DNA from: Planctomycetota bacterium
GTDB taxonomy: Bacteria; Planctomycetota; Planctomycetia; Pirellulales; UBA1268
Assembly (NCBI GenBank): GCA_031403195.1
Contig: JANNSZ010000061.1
Span: forward strand, 1,653 to 65,652
DNA: 64,000 nucleotides
Reading direction: 5' to 3'
How positions within the stretch are numbered: position 1 is the stretch's first letter; the number at the start of each line of letters is the position of its first letter. The notes below the pieces were generated by a model, which saw only the letters and a list, made by a program, of their open reading frames with translations, was not told the DNA's origin and did no database searches. The position numbers were made by a program, and so were the translations under genes. This document shows positions 38,465 to 47,137 of the stretch, piece by piece.

Positions 38465-39745
38465 TTACCGCGACGTACGGGAAAAACCGCTCGCCGGGGG
38501 CATGAGGCTTTCCAAGCCCGTGCCCTCGCAGCGGTATTCGAGGGCGTCGGACCCGCCGGGAAAGAGGGTGCAGGTCGCCGACCGTCCGGCGTCGGAGCCC
38601 CGGCCCTCGACTTCGATCTTCCACGCCTCACCGTCGCGCCGCCACGTCGCTTCAGCGAATCGGCCATCGGATGAAAAGAGCCACGAGCAGATCTCCTGCC
38701 GCTCGGGATCCCAGCCGATGATTTCGGTCAGCTCGCGAGGTGACATTCCGCCAGGAGGGAGCAGGCCCGGGATCGACCCGTCGCCAGCCCGCGGCCGCTC
38801 GGCGGGCGCGTGATCCGGCTGCACTGTGTGGCACCGCACAAGGAAGCCGCGGCCGGGTGCCCAGTCGCAACGGGCTCCGGCCACGACGCCTGGGCCGACA
38901 TTCTCCCAGCGGCCCACGAGCCAGGCCAGTTCGTCGAGCGGCCGAGGTGTCGCTTCCAGCTTCGCAGCCGCAGCCTCGCGAACGCTGTCGAGCATCCACT
39001 CGCCTGCATGCCGTACCGCCACCGCTGAGAACCGGCTGCCGATGACTTCACCATCGGCGTACGCCACCCGCGAGACACCGTCGATGACGGCGACGTCGTC
39101 CCGAATCGGCCTGATGGAGGCGACGTCGATGTCGATCGTGGCAGAGGGCTCATTGGCGAAGAGCTTGGTGAAGAGCGTATGAACGGCCTCGCGGCCCGAG
39201 GTCACCTCGCCGCTGTCGAGGTTCACATTTTCGGCGGTCGGAGCCCAGTGGTCCGCCGCGGCCACGGCGTCGTGACGATTGAAGGCCCGCAGGTAACCGG
39301 CGAGCATGTCGCGAATCTCGGCCATGGGCTGATCGACCGTGGCGTGCTCAAGGTGGCCCGGCTCCTCGGCGCTTGTCAGCTGCACGGTGCCACCGGTGGC
39401 GGTGGCGATGCGTGCCGGGACCCGCCCCGCAGCAGGGTGCGATACCCAGTTCAAGCCGCGGCCTGCGGGTTGATCGGTGACGGTCGCATGGCCCATGTCG
39501 GCCACGCGAAAGGCCTTGGCTTGTCGAATTACGACAGGCACACGCCCAGCACTTCGCGGCTTCGAGCGTGTCGTCGCACGAGGCAACTCGGGCTCCGCGG
39601 CCAAGGCCTCGAGACGGCCGGCGGCGGGCTTGGTGCTGGACGAGCATCCCGTCACGACGGCCACTCCCAGCGTGACCGCGATGAGCGAGGCGAGCGACGA
39701 TGACCAAAGGCCATCGCGGCAAGCAGAAGCGGCGGCGTGCGGCAC
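38465..39745 (-). CDS. lipoprotein with SnoaL-like/DUF4440 (NTF2-fold) domain
   Basis: GTG 39745 lies 9 nt after AGGAGG and gives VPHAAASACRDGLWSSSLASLIAVTLGVAVVTGCSS (lipobox). MAEIRDMLAGYLRAFNRHDAVAAADHWAPTAENV...GREAVHTLFTKLF is the SgcJ/EcaC/SnoaL-like pattern. The first 78 codons of track ORF 38465..39979 are read-through of repeat A3. Confidence 0.7.
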   Translation of the reverse strand: MPHAAASACRDGLWSSSLASLIAVTLGVAVVTGCSSSTKPAAGRLEALAAEPELPRATTRSKPRSAGRVPVVIRQAKAFRVADMGHATVTDQPAGRGLNWVSHPAAGRVPARIATATGGTVQLTSAEEPGHLEHATVDQPMAEIRDMLAGYLRAFNRHDAVAAADHWAPTAENVNLDSGEVTSGREAVHTLFTKLFANEPSATIDIDVASIRPIRDDVAVIDGVSRVAYADGEVIGSRFSAVAVRHAGEWMLDSVREAAAAKLEATPRPLDELAWLVGRWENVGPGVVAGARCDWAPGRGFLVRCHTVQPDHAPAERPRAGDGSIPGLLPPGGMSPRELTEIIGWDPERQEICSWLFSSDGRFAEATWRRDGEAWKIEVEGRGSDAGRSATCTLFPGGSDALEYRCEGTGLESLMPPASGFSRTSR

Positions 39746-39770
39746 GGAACAAACCCTCCTGAGTGAACTA

Positions 39771-39878
39771 GACAGCGACAAATTTTTGGCCGCACGATGC
39801 GGCGACTGCCGACCACGGGAAACCTCGGCTTTCCGTGGTCGGCCAAGTGGGAAAAGGCCATGGACGGCTTTTCCCGCG
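39771..39878 (-). repeat. multi-hairpin 3-prime element, family A, copy A3 (reverse orientation on + strand)
   Basis: The reverse complement reads GGGAAAAGCCGTCCATGGCCTTTTCCCACTTGGCCGACCACGGAAAGCCGAGGTTTCCCGTGGTCGGCAGTCGCCGCATCGTGCGGCC. Hairpin 4 is degenerate. Confidence 0.8.
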
Positions 39879-39982
39879 GACAACTCGTTCGTGGCGGTTG
39901 CGGCCGACCTCCTTTGGCCGGCCGTTCCGCGAGCCAGCGATCCTACCCGAGGGCAGCCAAGTCGCACAGTCAGGGACACCGA

Positions 39983-40315
39983 TCACTCACCTGGTATTGA
40001 CCGTGATCCCTGGGAAATCGTCGGTCCGAAACGGCGTGAGCGGAAGCCCGGCCCCGGAATACATATTGCAGACGGGATTATCTGCCCAGGCATAACAAAC
40101 CGCCAAGGGGTCGGCCACATCACAGGGCCGCCGTACTCAGCGATCGGATCGAGTCGCACGTCCCAGCGGCCGTCTGCTTCGGCGGTCGTCGCATGCGACT
40201 GCCTGGCGATCGACACGGTCACTGCTCCGCCGGGTGCGGCCCGTCCCCATACGCGGTTCGCCAAGCCCTGCTGGAGGGAACACGCGTCGAGGCGATCGCT
40301 CGACCGCGAGAGCAT
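39983..40315 (-). pseudogene. N-terminal remnant of a sialate-O-acetylesterase-like (SASA/DUF303) gene
   Basis: [51 protein letters not shown] matches the usual N-terminal pattern (MVLQR...WG.A.PG..V.V...G....A.AD..G.W...L.P...GGP) of these esterases. The sequence then degenerates and stops after 110 codons. No catalytic GQSNM region is present. Confidence 0.4.
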
Positions 40316-40347
40316 AGCCCTGCGTCAGCCTCGGGCAACGCAGCCCG

Positions 40348-40785
40348 TCAGGCTCGGCTCATGATGTAGGACTGCACCTGCACGAGTTCTGTCGCGCAGG
40401 TCGCAAAGCGGTGGGCATTGATATCGCTGATCGACACAAGGCCCAGGAGCGTTTCATCGGCGTCGACCACCGGCACATGGCGGATATGACGGCGGTGCAT
40501 CACATCGGCCACGTCCTCGATCGGCGTGTCGGGCCTGCAGCAGACGACATCGCAAGTCATCACCTCACCGATAGTCGTGGTCTCAGGCGAGCGGCCCTCG
40601 GCAACGATGCGGCGGAGGACATCCCGTTCCGTAAAGATACCCACGAGCCGGTCGGCGACAGTCACGACCAGCGAACCGATCAAGTGTTCGTTCATCAGCC
40701 ACGTCGCCTGACGCACGGTGGCAGTTGGCGCGATGGTAACCATGCGGCGCGGTTTCACGGCCAACAAATCAGAGACGTTGTCCAT
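40348..40785 (-). CDS. CBS-pair domain protein
   Basis: 145 aa with two CBS motifs (IGSLVVTVADRLVGIFTERDVLRRI and IRHVPVVDADETLLGLVSISDI). Confidence 0.88.
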   Translation of the reverse strand: MDNVSDLLAVKPRRMVTIAPTATVRQATWLMNEHLIGSLVVTVADRLVGIFTERDVLRRIVAEGRSPETTTIGEVMTCDVVCCRPDTPIEDVADVMHRRHIRHVPVVDADETLLGLVSISDINAHRFATCATELVQVQSYIMSRA

Positions 40786-41213
40786 TTCCAGGCCCTCCCC
40801 CGATGACGCTCACAGCATGTGAACAATGGCCCCATATGACTTCCTCATTATGGATCGCGCGGCATCCCACCGCAACTCGCCGGACGGTGCTGCGGCCCCA
40901 GAAAGGCAGTTTGCAGGCTATGACCCCGGGACACGACACAAGCGGCCCAGAAAAAACTTGGCCACCGAGGCCATGCCAAGATGACCCCCCCTGCTGGGGG
41001 ATCGCCAGCAGAGTCAACGCGTTTTCACTGATCGGACCCTTGAATGGCGGTTAAGTCGACGTAATCTATCTAAGTTATCAGGCGGCCGGTTGTTCGGTCG
41101 TCGCAGAGCGAGGTCTCTTCGACCGACCGACCGGCGTCAGGCGCGTGCGCAAGGCAAACCTGTCGGGTCCGTTCAGCGTTCAGTGTGTGTTCTCCCTACT
41201 TTTGGAGGTTAGC

Positions 41214-42518
41214 GTGGTTCGAAAGATTTTGGCTTGTTTGATGCCGGCTGTCGCCGTCGTCGCCATGTGCACGAGCACGTGGGCTGGCGACTGCGGTGGC
41301 TGCGAAGGTGGTTGTGGTGATGCCAGCGCATGCTGCGGCACCAAGACCGTGTACCAGAAGCAGATGGTCACCGAGATGAAGTCGGTCACCTGCACGGAGT
41401 ACACCACGGAGACCCGCGAGAAGACCGTCACGGTCATGAAGCGGGTTCCGAAGACGGAAGAGAAGACCCGGATGGTCACCGTCTGTGTCCCCGAGACGAA
41501 GACGAAGACCTGTAGCTACACGATCAACAAGAACGTCACGGAGACCAAGACGTGTGAGTACACGGTCCAGGTTCCGTACACCGAAGAGGTCGAGCAGACC
41601 TACACGGTGATGACCCCGGTCGCGGAGAAGAAGACCTGCACCTACACCGTCATGGTGCCGGTGAAGGAAGAGAAGACCTGCACCTACATGGTGAAGGTCC
41701 CTTACACCGAAGAGGTCGAGCAGAAGTACACCGTGATGGTGCCCTACACCGAAGAGGTGAAGGCCACTCGGAAGGTGATGAAGCGGGTTCCGAAGGAAAT
41801 CACCAAGACCGTGCAGGTCCGTGGTGGTCACTGGGAGACCCAGATGGTGGAAATGCCGTCGTGCGGCACCGACGCCTGTGGCTGCCCATGCCCGCCGAAG
41901 CAGTGCTGCAAGAAGGTCTGGGTTCCGACGTGTGAGACCAAGGAAGTCACCTGCATGACGTACGAGTGCGTCACCGAGGAAGTTCCTTGCAGCTACACGG
42001 TCACCAAGTGCAAGCCTGAAGAGCGGACCCGCAAGGTCTGTGTCTCCAAGTGCCGTGATGAAGAGCGGACCCGCACCTACACCGTCACCAAGTGCGTGCC
42101 GGAAGAGCGGACCCGTGAGTACACGGTCACGAAGTGCGTGCCAGAGCAGAAGACTCGCATGGTCAAGGTCACCAAGTGCAAGGCCGAGACTCGCACCCGC
42201 GAGTACACGGTCTGCAAGTGCGTGCCGGAGACGATGACCAAGGAAGTCTCGTACACCGTGATGGTGCCTACGCAGAAGGAAGAGAAGTACACCGTCACCA
42301 CCTGCGAGTGCGTGTCGGAAGAGAAGACCGTGTCCTACAAGGTCTGTGTTCCGGTCTCGGTCACGAAGGAAGTGCCGGTCACCAAGTGCGTCATGGTCGC
42401 CGTTGAGGTGCCATGTGGCGACTGCTGCGGCAACAACTGCTGCGGTGGTGATTGCTGCTGCGACTCGTGCGACTGCTGCGACTCGGGCTGCAAGAAGAAG
42501 CGCGGTTGCCGTCGCTAA
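41214..42518 (+). CDS. YTV-repeat, Cys-rich secreted protein (planctomycete envelope protein family)
   Basis: GTG 41214 lies 6 nt after GGAGG. Signal peptide VVRKILACLMPAVAVVAMCTSTWA. There are more than 15 degenerate repeats of the type (C/E)xYTVxxCVPExxTRE / YTVMVPYTEEVEQK. Three Cys clusters occur: CGGCEGGCGDASACCG at the N-terminus, CGTDACGCPCPPKQCC in the middle, and CGDCCGNNCCGGDCCCDSCDCCDSGC at the C-terminus. Confidence 0.85.
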   Translation: MVRKILACLMPAVAVVAMCTSTWAGDCGGCEGGCGDASACCGTKTVYQKQMVTEMKSVTCTEYTTETREKTVTVMKRVPKTEEKTRMVTVCVPETKTKTCSYTINKNVTETKTCEYTVQVPYTEEVEQTYTVMTPVAEKKTCTYTVMVPVKEEKTCTYMVKVPYTEEVEQKYTVMVPYTEEVKATRKVMKRVPKEITKTVQVRGGHWETQMVEMPSCGTDACGCPCPPKQCCKKVWVPTCETKEVTCMTYECVTEEVPCSYTVTKCKPEERTRKVCVSKCRDEERTRTYTVTKCVPEERTREYTVTKCVPEQKTRMVKVTKCKAETRTREYTVCKCVPETMTKEVSYTVMVPTQKEEKYTVTTCECVSEEKTVSYKVCVPVSVTKEVPVTKCVMVAVEVPCGDCCGNNCCGGDCCCDSCDCCDSGCKKKRGCRR

Positions 42519-42553
42519 GCACGACTGCTTCTGCTTCTAAAGCGTTGACAAAC

Positions 42554-42595
42554 GAAGGGCCGGGCGAGCAATCGCCCGGCCCTTCCTGTTTTCTC
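42554..42595 (+). terminator. Rho-independent terminator of the YTV gene
   Basis: GAAGGGCCGGGCGA-GCAA-TCGCCCGGCCCTTC (14-bp perfect stem) followed by CTGTTTTCTC, 36 nt after the stop. Confidence 0.8.
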
Positions 42596-42625
42596 AGGCA
42601 TTCGCGCCGAACGCTCGGGACTGCC

Positions 42626-42740
42626 TATGTCATGTCGCGGGACGTTCGCGGTGGCCATCGTGGCCACCGCTTCAATCGGAGAAAATCGAGCTTCGCCATC
42701 CAGGCTCCGCTCGATTATCTACGCCCGCTCCATGACATGA
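42626..42740 (-). repeat. structured interspersed element, family B, copy B2 (reverse orientation)
   Basis: The + strand reads TATGTCATGTCGCGGGACGTTCGCGGTGGCCATCGTGGCCACCGCTTCAATCGGAGAAAATCGAGCTTCGCCATCCAGGCTCCGCTCGATTATCTACGCCCGCTCCATGACATGA. This is the reverse complement of the family core, with its own complementary outer arms (CATGTCATG / CATGACATG). Confidence 0.8.
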
Positions 42741-42832
42741 GCAATCCCGAGCGGCCAACCGCGTTCGAGCCTTTGCGAGAGCGACAATGCCGTGCTATTC
42801 TGCGGACTCTCGCGCGAGACAAGGAAGCGCGC

Positions 42833-44503
42833 ATGTCTCTGAAAACCGCGTTCACGTCTGCTCGCCTATGCTTTCGGGGTCTCACGCTCACGCTGCTGGT
42901 GCTTGCGGTGATGCCGCTCTACGGCTACGCCGCGGCCGCACAGAACCGGAGCCCGAAGCTTTCATACCCTGACTCGGCGTTGGCGGAGATTGACGCCCGA
43001 GCCTTCGGCTCCACAGAGAGGTCGCAGGTCGAAGCCGCCGTGCTTCATGCCTCGGGCCCGCAGCAGTGTGCCCATCTTGTCGTGATGGCGCGATACGACC
43101 GCGTCTTGGAACGCAATCCGCTGAAGGCGATCGCTGCGACGGGGATGGTTCTCTGGACTCGTGAAGACCGTGCAGAGTGGATGCGGCGAAGCGCTGCCGC
43201 GATGGGACAGATGCGGAAATCACGAACCAAGGCCGACGGTCTCGCCCAACCGGTGCGAATCGAAGACTGTCCACACGTGGATGTTGAGGTCCTGGACGTC
43301 AGCACGGCGAACGTGGCAATCGAGTACGCACACTGCCTGGCCGAAGTGGGGCAAGTCAAGGAGGCTTTCGCGATCACGAACTTTATTGGATCGCGATTCA
43401 ACGGCGTCTTGCGGGCACGAGCCTCGGAGACGCTCGGTGATTTTGCGATGCTCAATCGTGACCACGCCGCTGCGCGAGACCGATACAGCTTCGCCGTGGA
43501 TGTGCTTGACGATCATGCTCGGTACCAGGAACGTCCGCTCGCCCCCGAAGAGGCATACCTTCGGACGCAACTCCTTGCGAAGTTGACACGCGTTCGGCAG
43601 TTGCTCGAGAGCGACACCTATGGCGAGGATTGGATCGCGTACCGTGACGCGGATCGGCTCCGCCTCAACGACAAGAACTACCTTCTTGCATACCATCGCT
43701 TCCAGCAGATTATCGAGATTCATCCGGGCACGGTGTTTGCAGGCGCGTCCGAGTGCTACTCGATTGACTGTCTTCTTTCGCTCGCCGACCCGGCCCATCA
43801 GCAGTCGGTGAGAAAATCACTGGATCAAGCCCGAGCGGCGTTGGCGCACGATCGGCAGGAGCTTCAGCGCGCCGTCAGTCGTTCACTGCCCGTCGCCACG
43901 GCAGACGCATTCGCGAGCGCGGCACGCGACAACGAAGCCTTGGTTCGGTCGCTCCAGCAGATTCCCGTTGGTTCGGCGGCAGTCATGGCGGCCGAGAAGC
44001 GGATCATACGACTGATGGCAGGCCCAGCCGGCGAGCTGTATGGAGGTGAGGCGATCGTCCGCATGGGACGACACGTGCTGGAAACTGCAAGAGACCCGAC
44101 GCGCGCCGAACCCATCTTCGTTCGTGCTGCCGAATGGTGCGAGGCTCGGCCGGAAGCCCCCGTTGTACCTCCTGGGTTCGAAGTCCCTGCGAAGTGCCAA
44201 GCCGCCAGTGCGCCACCTCGCGACGAACGAGTCACCGACGTATTCATGAACGTGACGCTCGTGGAGACGAAACCTGGGGCGATCGTGAACGCCGTTACGT
44301 GCCCGTGGTATGTGCGGCGATTGCACCGTGAGGCTCTGCTCAAAGGCGGCCTTGCTGCCTATGCGCTCGGCACGATTAACGATGCGAAACGACATTGGCA
44401 GGCGATCTACGCTATCGAGCCGTTCTATGCGGAAAGTGAGGCTGCCCGTCGCGGGTCGGTGGTGGCGCGACTCTTGTGGCATGCGGAGAATTCTCCGGGC
44501 TGA
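42833..44503 (+). CDS. secreted helical-repeat (TPR-like) protein, function unknown
   Basis: ATG 42833 is preceded by AAGGAAG. Signal peptide MSLKTAFTSARLCFRGLTLTLLVLAVMPLYGYAAAAQ. The body is long and alpha-helical. It is the first gene of a co-directional four-gene block. Confidence 0.6.
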   Translation: MSLKTAFTSARLCFRGLTLTLLVLAVMPLYGYAAAAQNRSPKLSYPDSALAEIDARAFGSTERSQVEAAVLHASGPQQCAHLVVMARYDRVLERNPLKAIAATGMVLWTREDRAEWMRRSAAAMGQMRKSRTKADGLAQPVRIEDCPHVDVEVLDVSTANVAIEYAHCLAEVGQVKEAFAITNFIGSRFNGVLRARASETLGDFAMLNRDHAAARDRYSFAVDVLDDHARYQERPLAPEEAYLRTQLLAKLTRVRQLLESDTYGEDWIAYRDADRLRLNDKNYLLAYHRFQQIIEIHPGTVFAGASECYSIDCLLSLADPAHQQSVRKSLDQARAALAHDRQELQRAVSRSLPVATADAFASAARDNEALVRSLQQIPVGSAAVMAAEKRIIRLMAGPAGELYGGEAIVRMGRHVLETARDPTRAEPIFVRAAEWCEARPEAPVVPPGFEVPAKCQAASAPPRDERVTDVFMNVTLVETKPGAIVNAVTCPWYVRRLHREALLKGGLAAYALGTINDAKRHWQAIYAIEPFYAESEAARRGSVVARLLWHAENSPG

Positions 44504-44524
44504 CTGTTCGCGCAGCCTGTCGAA

Positions 44525-45079
44525 ATGGCTTCGTTTGGAGACGAACGACTTCGGCTTGGTGTCCTGCTCGCCGATCTGTTCTACGTAAACGAAGATCCAA
44601 AGTCTGCCGAGACCGCGTATCGAGCCCTTCTGGCAGATCGTGAGCGGCCGCTGAACACGCCCCAGAAAGCATACGTCACGTTCGCCCTGATCCGCAGCGT
44701 CGACCTCCAGTTTAAGGACAAGGAGGTTGCCCCACTCGCAGAGACTTTCGTTCCTGCTTTTGGCATGACACCGACGATGCCGCGGTTTCTTCTCTGGCGA
44801 GCAAACCTAAGAACGTCCAACCTCACAAGGTCACGCCCCGGTATGCCCGAGTGGAAGTCTGGCATGGCGGACTATACCGAGCTTGTCCGCCGTTTCCCGA
44901 AGACCGAGGAGGCCGACTACGCCTGCTACTACATAGGCTGGTCGCTCTACGCCGCTGGTGAGTTCGACGCGGGCATCAAGGGCTTGGAAGCGTATCGCCG
45001 GCTGTATCCCGACGGAATCTGGAAGGAACCAGCGGAATACAACCTGGTGGCATGTCGAAAAAGGATTCCCCTTCAATGA
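44525..45079 (+). CDS. TPR-like protein (YbgF/BamD-like C-terminal repeat)
   Basis: ADYACYYIGWSLYAAGEFDAGIKGLEAYRRLYPDGIWKEPAEYNL is a typical TPR/YbgF-type repeat. It lies in the same reading frame as the previous gene, separated by a TGA and 7 sense codons. Confidence 0.55.
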   Translation: MASFGDERLRLGVLLADLFYVNEDPKSAETAYRALLADRERPLNTPQKAYVTFALIRSVDLQFKDKEVAPLAETFVPAFGMTPTMPRFLLWRANLRTSNLTRSRPGMPEWKSGMADYTELVRRFPKTEEADYACYYIGWSLYAAGEFDAGIKGLEAYRRLYPDGIWKEPAEYNLVACRKRIPLQ

Positions 45080-46339
45080 AACTTTGTGTGCTTACGACTC
45101 CAGGCCGTTCATTTATGGCCGCATCCGTTCTGCTCGCGATTTTCTTGGGTGGGGCATTGCCGTTGGTCGTGGGCGCCGATCCGCCGCAACAGCTCACCGA
45201 CAAGACCAATGTTGCGCCGGGAAGTCACCTCAAGCCTCAAGCGGAAGTGGGACGGGATGCTCGATTCGGCCCAGGGAGGTTTGCTCAAGTTGGATGTTTC
45301 CCCCACGGGCGGGCGATTCAAACCAGGCAGCGCTGAGGCAAGAAAAGGGGGGCCTGAAAAGTGGCTGACTACTGAGAACTCCGAGACGGCCGCAAAATTT
45401 CTCGGAACGGTCCCGCCAAACACGCCGGTCCAACAGTATCCGCCGAGTTTTTCAGGGCTCTTTTTGCCGGGCGGTGGCGGGGCCGGGAAAGGAAAACCCG
45501 AGCCGCCGAAACCTGATGACCGAACTTGGTCGGTGGCCTCGGCCTTTGACGTGGGTAACCATGTGCACGAAGCTTCCGGTGCGATCAAAAACGGAAACCC
45601 GACTGGGTCACACGAAATAAAGCCCGTCTATGACGGCGTGAAAGAATACGACGTCGATTGCCCGGTGCGAGCCGCCAATGGCGAAATCGTGCGGATGATC
45701 ACGTTGATCGACAGCGCCAAGGCGGCGTTGGTCGCGAAATACGGAGGGGACGGCAAGGAACAAGGCCTGTTTGTGCCAGGGGAGCCGGGTTTGGCTGCGG
45801 GGAAAGCGACAAACGTCAAGACCGGCCAGGCCGACCCCAAGCATGGTGACAACAATATGGTTCGCGCGAAAATCACCGGCACTTTTAAGAACGACGCCAA
45901 ATACTTCATTGCTATGCCGAAGTGGCTCCAGCTCACGGAGAAAGATCTGGACAAGCAACCTTCGCAGGAAACTCAAGAAAGGTGGAGTCTCAAATTCTAC
46001 CTACCACTCGAGAAGCATGAGGTACTCCACAAGGAAAAATATGAGGCGTACGTGAAGAACGTCCAAGCCGTCGTCGACACCCATCCGAAGACTTTGTATT
46101 TCGGTGAGGTTTGCTATGGGCCAGGGCGAACCGCGGAGGCGAAGGCGCGTGCGATACGCGTCGCTACAGAAGAATACGACCGAGAGAAGCAGGCGGTCCT
46201 TGACGAGGTTCAGACGCTAATGACCAAGTTACAAGAAGAGCAAGCCGAATATGACAGGATCACAAAGCACGGAGCAAACCAAAAGGCGATCGGAGGGCAG
46301 AATGTGGAGTACGAAGAAAATTGGCCGTTGCCACCATGA
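45076..46339 (+). CDS. secreted hypothetical protein with HExxH motif; apparent frame disruption near the 5-prime end
   Basis: ATG 45076 overlaps the upstream stop (ATGA) and encodes a good signal peptide (MKLCVLTTPGRSFMAASVLLAIFLGGALPLVVGA), but that frame stops at 45336. The 417-codon body is in the next frame (track ORF 45086..46339, first internal ATG at 45257). The body contains LEKHEVLHKEKYEAY. Confidence 0.5.
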
Positions 46340-46343
46340 GTCG

Positions 46344-47063
46344 ATGACGCCCGCGGCGCTCAACCGCACTTGCGCCCAGGCGGGCCTTGCGTGGCTCTTG
46401 CTCGCGGCTGCCACAGCCTTCACCGGTATGGAATCGGGGCAGGCTAGTGATGGACTTGCTCCCGAGCCACCAAAGCTGCTTCTGGGAAAGATTCGCGCGG
46501 AGCTATCGCTCGACGAAACTGAAGGCCGGCTGACGTACGCCGTCCGAAATGTGTCGAACGGCCCCGTGACGGTCCATGCCAGGACGCTCAAGTACGCCGA
46601 GGCTGCCTTTTGTATTGAGCCTGACGCTGAATCGGCGGCTATCGCAGACGAGGACTATGTGGACGTAGAGGAAGGATTCGTTTATGAGGTTGACGATGGT
46701 CTCGGGTGGGGCTCGAACCGGAAGGCGCCGCCCGACCGGGTGATTGATCTCATGCCAGGTGAATCCCTCTCGCGTTCAATGATCCTTCAGGACCTTCCGT
46801 GGTTTGAAAGGCTCGTGGCGCAATTGAAGAAGCGAAAGTTCAAGCAGTATCGTCTCGACCCTAGTGTGATTTTCTTCACGGCGGATGCCCACGGCAAACC
46901 CGTCATGGATCACACCGTTGAGGTGTGGAAATTTGAGCCCGACAAGGAAGGAAATCTTCGGAAAGTGCACTTCACTGGCGGAATCATGATGACGGTCCCG
47001 CAGGCGATGAAGCTCAAGGCCTTGGCTCGCCAAAAGGCCCCTGACTCAGTCACAAAGGATTGA
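46344..47063 (+). CDS. secreted hypothetical protein
   Basis: ATG 46344 lies 4 nt after the upstream stop and gives MTPAALNRTCAQAGLAWLLLAAATAFTG (signal-like). No family recognised. G+C is lowest in this block. Confidence 0.55.
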   Translation: MTPAALNRTCAQAGLAWLLLAAATAFTGMESGQASDGLAPEPPKLLLGKIRAELSLDETEGRLTYAVRNVSNGPVTVHARTLKYAEAAFCIEPDAESAAIADEDYVDVEEGFVYEVDDGLGWGSNRKAPPDRVIDLMPGESLSRSMILQDLPWFERLVAQLKKRKFKQYRLDPSVIFFTADAHGKPVMDHTVEVWKFEPDKEGNLRKVHFTGGIMMTVPQAMKLKALARQKAPDSVTKD

Positions 47064-47137
47064 GCGAGCGAGCTCGTTGAACTCGCGCTCAAAAACCGTT
47101 CATCCAAGTAGGTCCAACGGTAGACTCGCAATGCCCT

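Noticed and set aside
38465-39979. Full-length 504-aa reading of ORF 38465..39979 and the N-terminal extensions of ORFs 50508..52151, 54119..56320, 42452..44503
   Set aside because: The extra N-terminal codons are translations of family A or B repeats. Internal starts with an RBS and signal peptides, or family-typical N-termini, are preferred.
44501-44503. TGA as selenocysteine codon
   Set aside because: The flanking residues do not suggest a redox motif, and I see no obvious SECIS-like hairpin immediately downstream. I cannot evaluate further without tools.
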